Source: Atractiella rhizophila
Taxonomy: Eukaryota
Reading direction: 5' to 3'
DNA: 21,873 nucleotides
Assembly: GCA_021432655.1 (NCBI GenBank)
Contig: MU271219.1
Coordinates: 124,001-145,873, forward strand
The stretch's first letter is position 1; every line of letters starts with the position of its first letter. Position numbers and translations under genes: made by a program. The notes under the pieces are model-generated. The model searched no databases, had not been told where the DNA came from, and was given only the letters and a program-made list of their open reading frames with translations. This document shows positions 20,382 to 21,873 of this stretch, piece after piece.

Positions 20382-21873
20382 ATGTCGGCTCACGACGTCG
20401 TTTATGAGTTACTGTATCAAGTAGTGCAACCCGGTGATGAAAATCAGCTAGTCGGAAAAACGTCTGTTATCGAATTTCCTACCAACAAAACGGTTGCTGC
20501 GTTAGAGGAGGCAATCCTTCAAAAGTTGGGCGAAAAACTGCACGGAAAAGAATTTGATTTGTGGATGTTGGACCCAATGCTGGCCATTGAGGAAGAAGAG
20601 CTTCTGAAAGCGATCAGGTTCCCCTCTGAAAGATTGAGAAAACTCCACCCTGCGAATCGGTTATCGAAATACTGGCAAGAAGCCCCTCACGATGGACATC
20701 TCCATATCGTGGCCCAGTTGCACGATTCACCTCTCGTAGTACAACATCAAACCTCTCGTACGTCCCTGCGGTCATTCCATCACAATTTTCTCTGATTTGT
20801 TTGTTAGTCTGGCAAGCTCATGGTAATCTCGATCAGTATCAATCTCTTGCGCGCATCATGACACTCAATGCTGGATCATTCGAGCCTCACGCGCTTCTCG
20901 AAGCAAACAAACTCCTCCCTGTCCATGACTCCGGAGATCCTGACATCGTGAACGCTTTCCGCCGAGTGAAGAACACATTAGGGCAACTGTTCCAGCTCCC
21001 TGATATGCCTGATGCCGTTACTCGTGCAATCGGAACGTCACTTAAAAATGAATTTTTCCCACGAGGGCCTGCGACTCAAGGTCGAATAGCGACAGCAGCG
21101 GAACTTCGCCACTATCATGAGGTTGCCACTGCCCATCCATTTTTGGCGAGATTTTCAGACAACAAGGAGCCATATTTCAACTGGACGTACATGATGCCTG
21201 TCGCGAGAGAAATCTCTCGCCGCCGGTATGGATCGGACCAAGTGTCCGATTTCACAGCGTACGCTTCTTGCCGTTGGCTGATTTCCGCTGATATAGCCGA
21301 TTGTTCAGCAACAGAAAGTGGTCAATTCATCTCTATCCTTACACTGCTGAAATTCCAGCGACTCCCGAATCGCCAGCCGTCCCTATGAGACAATACAAGT
21401 ATCAACCTCGAAGCGATTTTCAAATTCAACGGCATGGGATCCCCCAAGTCCTCGTGGAAGTACAATCAAAACCATCGGGGGAAGATCGTTGGCGGATGTT
21501 GCTGCAAGCTGGCGCGGTCGTCAGGGTGGTGAATCATGCGACGAGAAGGGATGCCTCAAATCCCTATGTTCTCATCGCGTACTATATCACCAACGTATTG
21601 GAGGCCGAACAATACCTATTGTGCATTGATTCAGACTCTGTGCGTAGATTCACGGCTCGTCTCCAGTCAATTCTGATGTTTTGCAGAACACCGTGAAGTA
21701 CTCAGAATACCGTTTTGATCTTCGTGTGCGTGAAGAAGCGTTTCAGTTTCTGCTTGAGCTATACAACTGCTCAGATGTGATCGATTCGAACAACAGTGGG
21801 ATCAATGAAAAGGCGAGCAAAATCAAAGACAGTCTGAACGCTTTCGGCCAGCTCCCGTCATTCATGGGCACTT
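20382..21873 (+). CDS. Crinkler (CRN)-like protein: ubiquitin-like N-terminal header plus probable restriction-endonuclease-fold C-terminal domain; 3' end outside the window
   Basis: N-terminus ...KTVAALEEAILQK...FDLWMLDP...LHPANRLSKYWQEAPHDGHLHIVAQ resembles the CRN LxLFLAK-like and HVLVxxP-like pattern. Later YQPRSDF...PQVLVEVQS...DRWRMLLQ is PD-(D/E)xK-like. Introns 20758-20807, 21259-21308 and 21640-21686 keep the frame open. Confidence 0.8.

Overview
Eukaryotic, intron-rich fungal DNA (introns mostly about 45-60 nt GT-AG; basidiomycete-like by gene content, which is an inference), with a 740-N gap at 984-1723. Left to right: a probable minus-strand gene carrying a divergent Zn(II)2Cys6 motif (about 1-3014, across the gap); a decayed FunK1-type fungal kinase pseudogene (about 3600-4468); a full-length cohesin SMC1 gene (minus, 4799-10057); a 1.94-kb direct tandem duplication (8634-10575 / 10577-12511) that places a second, 3'-truncated but open and splice-intact SMC1 5' module directly upstream of it; a short Zn2Cys6 transcription factor (13853-14768); SHE9/MDM33 (15154-16904) with an unusually long, hairpin-rich first intron; a metallo-beta-lactamase-fold (lactonase-like) hydrolase (minus, 17259-18621); a disabled, intron-retaining internal fragment of the condensin subunit YCG1/CND3 (19442-19984); and a Crinkler-like gene with a probable restriction-endonuclease-fold C-terminus running off the right end. 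The most interesting signal is the truncated SMC1 duplicate. Its coding differences from SMC1 are mostly synonymous (about 14 synonymous vs 4 non-synonymous by hand count), so it is a selected truncated or alternative-5' cohesin module, a product of recombination between diverged alleles, or an assembly of two haplotypes. All gene models were made by eye and are unverified.
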